DNA of 64,000 nt, from positions 1-64,000 of the IMG/VR virus record IMGVR_UViG_3300028603_000018. One strand, given 5' to 3'. Both the position numbers and the translations under genes were made by a program. Origin of the DNA: a virus. Lineage: Duplodnaviria; Caudoviricetes. Positions within the stretch are counted from its first letter, which is position 1. Every line of letters begins with the position of its first letter. This document shows positions 10,139 through 19,315 of this stretch, in pieces. Below the pieces are notes generated by a model. The model was not told the origin of the DNA and did not search any database. It saw nothing but the letters and a program-made list of their open reading frames with translations.

Positions 10139-10648
10139 GTGCAAGTTACTATCTTAGTAGCCATGGATAAAAACAACGCCATTGGTAAGAATAATACTTT
10201 GCCTTGGCGTATTAGTGAAGATTTAAAACGGTTTAAACAAAGAACAAGTAATGGTGTTATTATCATGGGTAGAAATACTTGGGATAGTTTACCATTTAAA
10301 CCTCTCCCTAATCGCGTTAATGTTGTTCTATCTAGTCAAGGTAGAGTAAAAGGAACTGACTACACAGCAAGCTCTCTAGAAGATGCTATTGATTTTGCTA
10401 GGACTTTTGATAAAGAAGAGATCTTTATCATTGGTGGTAGTAGAGTTTATAAAGAAGCACTCGATAAAGACTTTGTTGATACTATTATAAGTACGCAACT
10501 AATTAGTTATGAAGTTCAACAAGCTGATGCTTTCTTTCCTATTATTGATGAAACCAAATTCCTCCATAAAAAAGCAACCAGTCTTTGTTATGAGAAAGAT
10601 TATGGAGAAGTTTTAGAGATTCAATATTCTAAAAATAGAATACTTTAA
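10139..10648 (+). CDS. folA: Dihydrofolate reductase
   Basis: AIGKNNTLPW, EDLKRFK, IMGRNTWDSL, PLPNRVNVVLS, IIGG, DAFFP. Confidence 0.96.
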   Translation: MQVTILVAMDKNNAIGKNNTLPWRISEDLKRFKQRTSNGVIIMGRNTWDSLPFKPLPNRVNVVLSSQGRVKGTDYTASSLEDAIDFARTFDKEEIFIIGGSRVYKEALDKDFVDTIISTQLISYEVQQADAFFPIIDETKFLHKKATSLCYEKDYGEVLEIQYSKNRIL

Positions 10649-10797
10649 AATAAAATTAAGGTAAAATAATAGTTTTTTAAAGTCCTATATAGTTTGTAGA
10701 GGAGGGGGGAGAAATCCACCCGTAACTTAAATACAGACCTCTAAACAAGAATATTTTTATCTTTTCCTATAAAACCTTTTACAAGCGAAGATTCTTT

Positions 10798-11046
10798 ATG
10801 TCAACACTTACTATTTACTCAGTCCCTAATTGCCCTCAATGTGATCAAACAAAACTTGTCTTGTCTCGTCATGGTATCTCTTTTAATGAAGTAGATCTAT
10901 CTCAAGATGAGAAAAAACGAGAAGAGCTACGTAATAAAGGTGTTCGTTCTGCACCTTTTGTAGAATTTGGTAGTGATTGGTGGTCAGGGTTTAATATGGG
11001 TAAGATTAAATCTGCTATTAGTGCAGTACAAAGTCTAGTTAACTAA
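10798..11046 (+). CDS. nrdH: NrdH-like glutaredoxin
   Basis: CPQC active site, RSAPFV, WSGF. Confidence 0.9.
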   Translation: MSTLTIYSVPNCPQCDQTKLVLSRHGISFNEVDLSQDEKKREELRNKGVRSAPFVEFGSDWWSGFNMGKIKSAISAVQSLVN

Positions 11047-11154
11047 AGATAAAAACAGAGGGGGTAATAACCCTCTCTTTATGCCTTAAATAGTATTTTT
11101 TAATGCTATTCTTATATTGAATGACTATACAATACAAAAAGGAAAAGTATTCTT

Positions 11155-11859
11155 ATGTCTATTATCAATAACATCTTTATTATTAATGATAAAGAAAAAT
11201 CTATCTCTGATCTCTTAGATGAAATTACTGAATTCAGTTTGTCATTAGAAGATGATGAGTTCGGTGATGGGTTTGAACATAATAAAAAACCTACTCTAGC
11301 TCCAGTAAGTTCTATTGAGGATTTCAAGAAATCCTTAATGACAAAAGAGGAGATTTTAGAACCAGAAGAGGTATCGTCATCCTTTTCTAATTATGATGAA
11401 CTTCATATAGCTCAGCAAACAATCATCGAAGAAGTAGAGAGTGAACTTCGTCGTACAAAAGAAGAACTTCTTGAGCAAAAGAAAGCGTTAGATACTATCC
11501 TACACCAGAATCTAGAGTATTTAACCTTAGCTTCTGCATATACTAAGAATAATAACCCTAATATTGATATTATTCCTTTTGAGGAAGCTGGTGTTGCTTT
11601 TCGTTCGGGTCAGTTCTACTTTAGTTCAACCACTATTAATAAATATGTAAATAGAGACAAGCCTGTTATCTTTAAATACTTAGATACGTATATCTTTGTA
11701 GAAGGTATCAAAGATACTGTTGAAGATGAACCTTCTGTGCGTGTTATTATTAGCCACACTAATTCAACTGAATCTATTCATCGACGTATCTTCTCAGGTG
11801 ATGAGCAAGAGATTGTTGATTTACAACGCGCATTACAGTATCTACTTACTCTTCTTTAA
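11155..11859 (+). CDS. Hypothetical protein, possibly a processed head protein
   Basis: 234 aa; acidic N-terminus with S-x-E motifs (LSLE, SSIE) like phiKZ-type prohead protease sites; function is inference. Confidence 0.6.
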   Translation: MSIINNIFIINDKEKSISDLLDEITEFSLSLEDDEFGDGFEHNKKPTLAPVSSIEDFKKSLMTKEEILEPEEVSSSFSNYDELHIAQQTIIEEVESELRRTKEELLEQKKALDTILHQNLEYLTLASAYTKNNNPNIDIIPFEEAGVAFRSGQFYFSSTTINKYVNRDKPVIFKYLDTYIFVEGIKDTVEDEPSVRVIISHTNSTESIHRRIFSGDEQEIVDLQRALQYLLTLL

Positions 11860-11976
11860 GTAGAAGGATGTCATAGAGAGGAGTCCTTTTGGACTCCTCT
11901 TTTATGCTGTATATTAGAATATCTCAATTACATATAACTATTTTGAAACCACTACAATAGTTAAAAGGATTTACCT

Positions 11977-12507
11977 ATGTCCACTATTCGCTTTTATATG
12001 TCCAACTCAGGAATGGGTCATCAGCAATATGAAGTTCTCAGGCGTTTAGATAGTACTACGTTCCAAGTGATCGGCTACTTTCCTCCTCAACTAGCGGACA
12101 ACTATGATGACATTGGGAAAGTTACTACTTACGAGAAGTATGAAATCGCTAGTATGACTCCTACTTCATTCGATCAGATCAAAGACTTCATTCATCCTTC
12201 TCAAAAACATTTGATCCTCTATGAGTTGAAAAAGGAGGCAATATTGAAAGATAAAGGATCTACTGCAATGACTTTTGAGGAAGCTGAGCGTACTGCTAAA
12301 GTAGGTCAGTACATCAAAGCTGTCAATGGTGACTTTGTAGTAGATGTCTTCTATCGAAAAGAATCTAACAGTAATGTTAGGTGGTTTATTGAAGGAAGGG
12401 TCGATGGTCTCCTTTTTGATGCTGAGAGTCTTGAAGAATTGAGAAAGACTTCAACTAACCAGTACTATATCTATCAGGAACCTAACGAGCAATCAAGGGT
12501 GAGGTAA
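11977..12507 (+). CDS. Hypothetical protein (N-terminal half paralogous to next ORF)
   Basis: RBS; promoter motif at 11930. Confidence 0.75.
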   Translation: MSTIRFYMSNSGMGHQQYEVLRRLDSTTFQVIGYFPPQLADNYDDIGKVTTYEKYEIASMTPTSFDQIKDFIHPSQKHLILYELKKEAILKDKGSTAMTFEEAERTAKVGQYIKAVNGDFVVDVFYRKESNSNVRWFIEGRVDGLLFDAESLEELRKTSTNQYYIYQEPNEQSRVR

Positions 12508-12511
12508 GAGA

Positions 12512-12766
12512 ATGAGAAAGAAGACGAAGTTCTATTATTCTAGTAGGGATAAACACATTCTACTGGCTATGGGTAACAATAGCTACCTAGTGATTGGTCA
12601 CGATCCTTCAGTGACTGATAAGTCAGATTTGGGTAAGGTTATTCAGTTGGATCTACTGGACCTTATCTTAACTTCTCTCTCGCTCCGTACTTATGAGGAA
12701 ATTAAAGAAAATATTAATCCGTCATTTTCCGATTTCATCCATCACCAAGTGACTATTAGTAAATAG
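12512..12766 (+). CDS. Hypothetical protein
   Basis: GAGG RBS; FYYS..VIG..DLGKV..EIKENINPS matches the previous ORF. Confidence 0.7.
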   Translation: MRKKTKFYYSSRDKHILLAMGNNSYLVIGHDPSVTDKSDLGKVIQLDLLDLILTSLSLRTYEEIKENINPSFSDFIHHQVTISK

Positions 12767-12854
12767 TAGTTACTCTCCTACCTAACTTGTATTAACATTT
12801 GGTAGATCCATCATGCAGTAATAAACATAGTAACACTATCATCTAGAGGGAAAT

Positions 12855-13283
12855 ATGATTATTGAATCAGCTCTACTTTGCCTATCCTTGAATATTTATC
12901 ATGAGGGACGGGATCAGGGATATGAGGGGATGGCAGCTGTAGCTGTTGTCACTATGAACAGAGCAAGTCATGATCAGACTAAAATCTGTGATACAGTCTT
13001 TAAGAAGTATCAATTTAGTTGGGCAAACAAACTCACAACAGTTTCCCCTCAGCAACGCAAGCGTAATGCTGATAGGTTTATGCCAAGAGAGCATCTAGCT
13101 TGGGAAGAATCTAAACGCATTGCAAGACAAGCAATCAAGGGTGAAATTAAACCTAAGATCATAAAGAAGATTGGTAAGTCTGATCATTACTTTAATCCAA
13201 ATAAAGCTAATCCTTCCTGGAGAAAAGCAATGCAGTTCATTGCTCAGGTAGGCGATCATGTCTTTTACCAATCTAGATCTTGA
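12855..13283 (+). CDS. SleB-like cell wall hydrolase (Hydrolase_2)
   Basis: CLSLNIYHEGR, AVAVVTMNR, ICDTV, YQFSW, P.W, VGDHVFY. Confidence 0.92.
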   Translation: MIIESALLCLSLNIYHEGRDQGYEGMAAVAVVTMNRASHDQTKICDTVFKKYQFSWANKLTTVSPQQRKRNADRFMPREHLAWEESKRIARQAIKGEIKPKIIKKIGKSDHYFNPNKANPSWRKAMQFIAQVGDHVFYQSRS

Positions 13284-13608
13284 GCTATCAGAAGGACTAA
13301 GTATGTCTTTTAATAACATCAGTAGTACTTTTAACCATTTCTTTACTACCAAGAAAGAAAAACCTAAAGATCCTTTTATCGAAGACAGTAAAGGGAATAT
13401 TAAGTTTCATCCTGATGACTTCTCAATTGGATCAAAATCAGACATTCACGCATTGACAAATATGTGTATGTCTTATTCTATTTCTCGTATGCGGTATGCT
13501 TCTATGGGAGCTATTACTAATGAAACAGCTGCGAAAGATATCAAGAAGGCTACTGAACTCATGGAGAAGTTTTCTAAATTTCTCTTAGAAGAAGCAAACA
13601 AAGCATAA
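13258..13608 (+). CDS. Hypothetical protein (start probably 13303)
   Basis: AAGGA RBS precedes the ATG at 13303. Confidence 0.6.
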   Translation: MSFTNLDLELSEGLSMSFNNISSTFNHFFTTKKEKPKDPFIEDSKGNIKFHPDDFSIGSKSDIHALTNMCMSYSISRMRYASMGAITNETAAKDIKKATELMEKFSKFLLEEANKA

Positions 13609-13674
13609 CTGCAATTTAAAAGAGTAGGAATAAACCTACTCTTTTATTTCTCTCATTGAAAAAAGGAAACTATC

Positions 13675-14568
13675 ATGGCACGTTTTAACGTTGGTGATAA
13701 AGTAGCTGTTATCTCTTTCTCTTATGACAATAAGGACCCTGTATGGTGGAGTGCGCCTTACAATAATAGTCTTGAGCCTTATAGCTCCATGGAGCTAATT
13801 GAACTCACAATCACTGAAGCACATAATGTGCCTTGGGAGCATGATCCTGATGGTGAGAAGGAGTATGAAGGGTATGGTGCTATTGATGATAAGGGACGTC
13901 GTTGGTACAATCAATACCCTACTGCATCATACGGTCAAACCTCTACTGAAGATGACCATATCTTCTATCATGAAAGTGAGAAAGATTTACTCGCTGCGAA
14001 AAGAGTTAAACAGTTCGTTAAAGATATTTATCGTGGGGTCAATGACCTCTTGAGTAGAGGATGTGAAGATACTTTCTTTCTCATCTCACTTTGGACAAAA
14101 CTCTACACGGATGTAAAGGAGAAGTTTGAAGAAACCTTCCCTGGAAAGACTTTCATTATCAATAGCAGGGAAATTGCCGACAAATTCCGTTATCCTGTTG
14201 GTGAAATTATCGACATCGGATCAGAGAAAGAAGATCTCTTTCTGAAAGAGTGGTTGGAGAAGGATTGGATTGAAGAACAAGTTCAAGCAATTCGTAATGG
14301 AGCTTCTATGAAGATCCGAGCTAAGCACTTCAACGGATTCATTGGTATTCGTTCTTGCGATCAAATTACCATGCCAAATCATTATCAATTCGGTTATTGG
14401 GTATTTGACCCCGATCTCTTTGTTGATGAAAACGCTTCAGAAGCTGAAAAGAACGCTTTTGAAAATGGGTTTAAGCTTCGGCATTATGTGGCATTTGAGG
14501 AAAATGAATTCAAGGAGATGATTGAAGAAGCTATTAGGTGTTCTTACGCCGAATCAAATGTAATCTAA
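13675..14568 (+). CDS. Hypothetical protein
   Basis: 297-aa ORF with AAAGGA RBS. Confidence 0.8.
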   Translation: MARFNVGDKVAVISFSYDNKDPVWWSAPYNNSLEPYSSMELIELTITEAHNVPWEHDPDGEKEYEGYGAIDDKGRRWYNQYPTASYGQTSTEDDHIFYHESEKDLLAAKRVKQFVKDIYRGVNDLLSRGCEDTFFLISLWTKLYTDVKEKFEETFPGKTFIINSREIADKFRYPVGEIIDIGSEKEDLFLKEWLEKDWIEEQVQAIRNGASMKIRAKHFNGFIGIRSCDQITMPNHYQFGYWVFDPDLFVDENASEAEKNAFENGFKLRHYVAFEENEFKEMIEEAIRCSYAESNVI

Positions 14569-14640
14569 TTAATTACACATATACATCATTTATATGTAGA
14601 GAATAACGATTCTCTAATAGTTAACTACAAAGGAAATAAC

Positions 14641-15078
14641 ATGTCTGACGTGTTCTTGAAACTGGCTAACCTCGAAAAGCAAGACGACCTCTCTCATCAT
14701 ACTAGTTCTTTCAACCTCCTCGGCGATGAGCTGAAAGAAGCTCTCAATGAAGCAAAAGCTGAACAGCGTAAAGCTGTCATGCGTGAAGCTGTCAATGAGA
14801 TCATCAAACTCGACCAGAAGTATGAGGCTTGTGTTAAGGCTAACGTTGAGAATATTCGAGCAGCACGTAAAGCAGAAGCACAGAGCCAAGTTCGTCTTAA
14901 AGAATTGAATCGGGCTAAGCAATACGCTATGGAAACTCAAAACTTCCTGCCTCTGGCTTTCCTGCTCGGTGTGCTTGGTAGTAATTACTCCATTGATGCT
15001 GTAACCATTCCTGAAGATTGGAAGTCTGTTGCTGAAACGCCGAAAAAGAAAGCGGTGGTTCGTAAGACTGCTAAGTAA
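14641..15078 (+). CDS. Coiled-coil protein, probably highly expressed
   Basis: Promoter-like motif near 14575, AAAGGA RBS, A/E/K/R-rich helix, biased codons (CTG, CGT, GCT). Confidence 0.85.
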   Translation: MSDVFLKLANLEKQDDLSHHTSSFNLLGDELKEALNEAKAEQRKAVMREAVNEIIKLDQKYEACVKANVENIRAARKAEAQSQVRLKELNRAKQYAMETQNFLPLAFLLGVLGSNYSIDAVTIPEDWKSVAETPKKKAVVRKTAK

Positions 15079-15447
15079 GGCTAGGTACAATCCCGTGTAA
15101 GCCGGGATCAGGGAGGCATCTACCTCCCTGCTACGCTCAACTTACTATTAGAGCTTCGTTATTATGAATCTATATAATGCAAGATTCTTACTAATAATCG
15201 ATAAGACTCTACACTATTATAAAGGCTAATCACCTTTTGATTTATTCAATAACGATTAATGATGTTATAATGCGTTTATCGCTAAAGACGTCATGGTTTA
15301 GCTTCTTACTGATATTGTTGTGGTAGTGATGTATGGCATACGCTCTTATTATACACGTGAGCATCAGCCTATACACCCTTACATACAGCTGAAGTTTAAG
15401 AATTTGCTTTAATAGCAACTCTACTTTTAATTCATTCTAGGCTAAAC
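15079..15447 (+). ncRNA. Candidate structured non-coding RNA or long 3' UTR
   Basis: No ORF of 60 aa or more in the track; hairpins 15090-15108 and 15109-15130; repeated TATAATGC and TTCTTACT; closed by palindromic element 15448-15486. Confidence 0.5.
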
Positions 15448-15530
15448 GGCATAAATAGGGAGTCCTTCGGGACTCCCGTTTATGTTCTTTATTCTTTTTT
15501 TATTATAACAAAAACTATAACAGAATAAAG

Positions 15531-15563
15531 TGTATTCTAGATTATTTCAGAAACATATAACTA
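15531..15563 (+). promoter_or_regulatory. Putative early promoter, duplicated at 62176-62208
   Basis: tgtattctagattatttcagaaacatataacta is identical at both sites. Confidence 0.75.
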
Positions 15564-15658
15564 AGATGAATAGCAATAGAGAATGTTGCTAAGAGTGCTT
15601 CTAGAGAAGCTACGACTTCTCTAGAAGCGTGTGAGTAACCTATCTTCAGGAGGTCATT

Positions 15659-15751
15659 ATGACTGAAAAAGATTATGAGGACGTTTTACGTCTTCTGAAA
15701 TATTTAGACGCGAAGATCACTGCTATTGATGCAGCGGGTCCTCAAGACTAA
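15659..15751 (+). CDS. Micro-ORF (30 aa), not in ORF track
   Basis: Perfect AGGAGG RBS; MTEKDYEDVLRLLKYLDAKITAIDAAGPQD; flanked by hairpins 15597-15628 and 15753-15791. Confidence 0.6.
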   Translation: MTEKDYEDVLRLLKYLDAKITAIDAAGPQD

Positions 15752-15853
15752 ATAAAATAAAGGGAGTAGCTAGCACTCTCCCTTTATTATAGGTCACTCA
15801 CATATAATAGCTAGTGTAACATAAATTTATATTTTTAAATAAAGGAAATAAAC

Positions 15854-16123
15854 ATGTCGACGAACGCTCAAGAAACCATCAAAGAAACCGTCACTGAAAC
15901 TGTTGTTGAGACGGAGAAAGTTCAAACCGAAAACAAATGGGTGAAGATTGCCAAATATACAGGCATCACCCTAGGTGCTGCGGCAGGCATTGCTGCTGTG
16001 GGTTATTACTTCCGTGACTCCATTGCAGGTGTTGTTCGTAGTGATGCTGTCAGTGAAGTACTTGGTGAAGCAGTTGAGAACGGTGGTGAAGTCGTAGCAG
16101 CTTCCCTGCGTTCTTTCTTGTAA
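15854..16123 (+). CDS. Small single-pass membrane protein
   Basis: AAAGGA RBS; TGITLGAAAGIAAVGYYF hydrophobic segment. Confidence 0.8.
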   Translation: MSTNAQETIKETVTETVVETEKVQTENKWVKIAKYTGITLGAAAGIAAVGYYFRDSIAGVVRSDAVSEVLGEAVENGGEVVAASLRSFL

Positions 16124-16256
16124 TACCTATATAGGGAGTCCTTTAATTAGGACTCCCTATTTATGTCTTTCTTTTTTCTTTTTGTTATAGTAAAGAAATC
16201 TCAACTATATATCACTATACTGATATCTATTCTATTAATCATTAGTAAACTTAACA

Positions 16257-16709
16257 ATGGCTAAATCAAAGAAACCTCGTAAGAAACATAATCCTAACAA
16301 AACAACCTTTAATCGACCTCCTCTTTTTAGGTACTCTAAAGAAGAAGGTGAGATGCTAAAAGAAAGGATCTACTTCCATTTAAGTCGTTTTGAAGATAGA
16401 GTAGCTAATGCAGGTGACTATATTGCAATTCGTTTTCGTATTGAAGTAGGTATTAATCTAGCTGATCACTTTGAGAACAATGAATTCAAACTTCTCTTTC
16501 ACGCTGCTCTAGATACCTTAACTAAAGTCCTTACTCGTAGAGAGACTTCTGGTAAGTGGGCTATGGGTGATAATGAAATAGCTGAACTAAAGTATGCTAT
16601 TAGTATTGTTGACGAAATCCAAGATAAGACCACTAGAGTAGAACAACTCCCAGCTTTCTTAAAAGCTAATGAGAATGTTGATAATAGTTTATTTGAACGA
16701 CTCCCTTAA
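16257..16709 (+). CDS. Hypothetical protein with basic N-terminus
   Basis: MAKSKKPRKKHNP; promoter-like motif near 16205. Confidence 0.75.
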   Translation: MAKSKKPRKKHNPNKTTFNRPPLFRYSKEEGEMLKERIYFHLSRFEDRVANAGDYIAIRFRIEVGINLADHFENNEFKLLFHAALDTLTKVLTRRETSGKWAMGDNEIAELKYAISIVDEIQDKTTRVEQLPAFLKANENVDNSLFERLP

Positions 16710-16729
16710 ATAAAAAGGATAAAATAAAG

Positions 16730-16957
16730 ATGCTTAATTTTAAAGATAGTATTCTTAATTGTAAAACTGTAGAAGAAGTACGTAGTGTAGCTACAGCTTA
16801 TCTTTCTCAAGTAGGCGATAGCTTAGAGACCTTTCCTGCTATTGTACGTACTCTAGCTAATTATGGAGGTACTATTAGTACTGCTAAGTCTCTTGTTAGC
16901 AAGTACTTAGAACCTGTCTTCTTTCTATCTTCTCAAGATAAAGATGGTATGAAATAA
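16730..16957 (+). CDS. Hypothetical protein
   Basis: AAAGGA RBS, 75 aa. Confidence 0.65.
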   Translation: MLNFKDSILNCKTVEEVRSVATAYLSQVGDSLETFPAIVRTLANYGGTISTAKSLVSKYLEPVFFLSSQDKDGMK

Positions 16958-16981
16958 AAAAATATGACTTCTTAGCTATTG

Positions 16982-17107
16982 TATAGGACCTGAGAGAGTT
17001 CCTTTCCCTAACGGCTGCTTCCGAGCAGACGGATAAGGGAAGAATTTCTTTCTCACGAAACCGGAGCCGCAGGTAAAGGTGAGTGACCCATCCCCGGAGG
17101 GGCTATA
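16982..17107. other. GC-rich self-complementary element (candidate ncRNA or origin-associated structure)
   Basis: Nested pairings tatag/ctata, tgaga/tctca, ttccct/agggaa, ctgct/agcag, cccc/gggg. Confidence 0.5.
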
Positions 17108-17109
17108 TC

Positions 17110-17500
17110 AGAAAAATATAAGTATACTTATATAACCTATTCTATCCCTTATTATCCTAGTTAGACCTTAATATTCTTATACTACTTATTATACTTATAT
17201 AACCCTAGTTAAGTCTTATATAGACTATTGTGAAGGTTATAACTCCTATAGACTTATATAGCCTCTTTAATAGAGAGTAAAGGGTAATACCACTTATCTC
17301 CTTATTATATCCTAGTAGAGACTATAAAACTATAACTACTATAAAGAAGCTATAACTCTATAACTTATACTACTTAAATTCTACTACTATAATAAACTCT
17401 CTTTACTATTATTAGAATAATTAAAACTCTTAAAACTACTACTAATTTATTGATCTATCTAAGTACTGTAACTCTTAATAGAGCTATAGTACGAGGTAGG
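17110..17500. repeat. AT-rich low-complexity repeat tract, candidate replication origin
   Basis: tatacttatataacc twice, ccttattat(at)cctagt twice, several ctataac; no ORF in the track. Confidence 0.45.
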
Positions 17501-17541
17501 TCTATTTATGCTGTTTAACTTCTTATTTAAAGAAATAGATT

Positions 17542-17961
17542 ATGTCTACTACTTTACCTCCTTTAATTAGTAATCAGTTTAACTTACTATCTGGTCATTA
17601 CAATACTGTCTTTCCTAATGCTAGATTTGAATTAATTCTAGATGGAGAGGATTATAATTCTAGAGTTAAAGGGTATGCTTTAGAATTGATGCTTAGGAAG
17701 TTACTTCAAGGTAGTCATGATGAAGGGGGTGATTTGATTAGATTGAGTGACTTTAAGACTATTATTAAGTTAACTGTTATTAGAGATAATAGTAGATATG
17801 ATGGTTATTTAGATTATCTACACGTTGAAACTATCTTTAGTGCTTTTGAGGGGATTAAACTTTCTTCTCTTAGTTTAGAGGTTTATAAGGACTATAGTCA
17901 GTTTATATTGAATAGTTGTGGTATTGAGTTTAGTGAAGGTGTATTTCGTTTTAGTAGTTAA
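17542..17961 (+). CDS. Hypothetical protein
   Basis: 139-aa ORF. Confidence 0.6.
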   Translation: MSTTLPPLISNQFNLLSGHYNTVFPNARFELILDGEDYNSRVKGYALELMLRKLLQGSHDEGGDLIRLSDFKTIIKLTVIRDNSRYDGYLDYLHVETIFSAFEGIKLSSLSLEVYKDYSQFILNSCGIEFSEGVFRFSS

Positions 17962-17972
17962 GTTTACTGAGA

Positions 17973-18410
17973 GTGGAGCTAATGGAACGGTTTAAAGAGT
18001 TAGTAGTGGGATTAAGTATTAGTAGTGGATTACTTGTTAAGCCTTTAAATGACAATATGAGGATTATATTAGAGACTAGGGATGGTGGTCTTTCTGTATA
18101 TGAGTGCTCTAATGAGCGTTTAGGGGCTTTTAAGAGGGTAGTTAATATACTGACTTATGCTAAGGTAATTAAACCTGAGGACAGAGCTATTAATCAGTTA
18201 GCTATCTACTTTGAATGTATTCATGGTAAGTGTTATAGTGAGTTATCTGGGGAAGAATTAGAAGTATTAGCTGAGTGTATGTTGAGTGCTTTTAAGTTGA
18301 AGATAATTGAGGGTGTGGTAGTACTAGATGTTACTGGCGGTAAAGAGCATAAGAGAAAGGAGTTGGGACCTCCTAGTAAACCTCCTCTACAGTACGATAG
18401 TTCGTTATAA
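17973..18410 (+). CDS. Hypothetical protein
   Basis: 145-aa ORF; start may be the ATG at 17982 after GGAG. Confidence 0.6.
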   Translation: MELMERFKELVVGLSISSGLLVKPLNDNMRIILETRDGGLSVYECSNERLGAFKRVVNILTYAKVIKPEDRAINQLAIYFECIHGKCYSELSGEELEVLAECMLSAFKLKIIEGVVVLDVTGGKEHKRKELGPPSKPPLQYDSSL

Positions 18411-18508
18411 AGATAAAGGATAAATAAAGGTTTATTTATATTCTACTATCTCATGGTAGTAATTGTATTTTTATTCTATTTAAAATGAGATAGAGGAAGG
18501 TTACCTTT

Positions 18509-19270
18509 ATGAGTCGACTAGTAAGAAAGCAAGCTAGAGCTAAGAAGAATAAAGCACAAAGAAGTACTCGTAGTAGTGAGTATAATCGAGAAGTGGAATT
18601 AGAGGTGTTAGCTCAAGAAGAATACCAGCAAAATAAGAGGAGATTCTTTAAACTATCTCCTAGAAATGCTAATCAAGGTTTACTCATTGAGAACATGAGA
18701 CATTTTAGATTGAACTTTGTATTAGGTCCTGCTGGTTGTGGTAAGACTTTTGTAGCTACCTTATTTGCTTGTGACTTATTAGAAAGAAATATCATTGAGA
18801 AGATCGTAGTGACTCGTCCTATGGTAGGGTGTGATGAGGACTATGGATTTGTACCTGGTACTGAGGCTGAGAAGTATTCTGGGTGGGTAGGGCCTGTTAT
18901 GGAGGTTTTAGAGGGTTATTTTGGTAAGACTCGGGTACAGAACTACCTTAACATGGGAAAGATCGCTATGAAGCCTCTGATGAATATGAGAGGCAGTACT
19001 TTTAGGAACTCTTTTGTTATTTTAGATGAAGCTCAGAATACGACTGTAGGACAGATGAAGATGTTCTTAACGCGTATTGGTGAAGGTAGCTCTATTATAG
19101 TTAATGGTGATATGGAGCAATCTGATCTACCTAGAGGGGTGAGTAATGGTCTTAGTGATGCATACGAGCGTTTACAAGGCTCTCAACATCTAGGGGTAGT
19201 AGAGTTTACTGAGAATGACATTGTAAGAGATCCATTAGTTCGTGAGATCTTAAAAGCTTATAGAAAGTAA
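18509..19270 (+). CDS. phoH: PhoH-like ATPase
   Basis: GPAGCGKT, VTRP, MRGSTF, ILDEAQN, FLTRIGEGS, GDMEQSDL, DIVRDPLV. Confidence 0.95.
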   Translation: MSRLVRKQARAKKNKAQRSTRSSEYNREVELEVLAQEEYQQNKRRFFKLSPRNANQGLLIENMRHFRLNFVLGPAGCGKTFVATLFACDLLERNIIEKIVVTRPMVGCDEDYGFVPGTEAEKYSGWVGPVMEVLEGYFGKTRVQNYLNMGKIAMKPLMNMRGSTFRNSFVILDEAQNTTVGQMKMFLTRIGEGSSIIVNGDMEQSDLPRGVSNGLSDAYERLQGSQHLGVVEFTENDIVRDPLVREILKAYRK

Positions 19271-19315
19271 TACGTCATAATTGGGAGAGTAAATAACTCT
19301 CCCAATTTATGCTCT

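Noticed and set aside
14614-15090. 158-aa antisense ORF
   Set aside because: Mirror of the codon-biased 14641..15078 gene
15079-15447. Retron msr-msd or type III toxin-antitoxin array
   Set aside because: No reverse transcriptase or ToxN-like gene nearby and no exact tandem repeats; kept only as an unexplained structured tract
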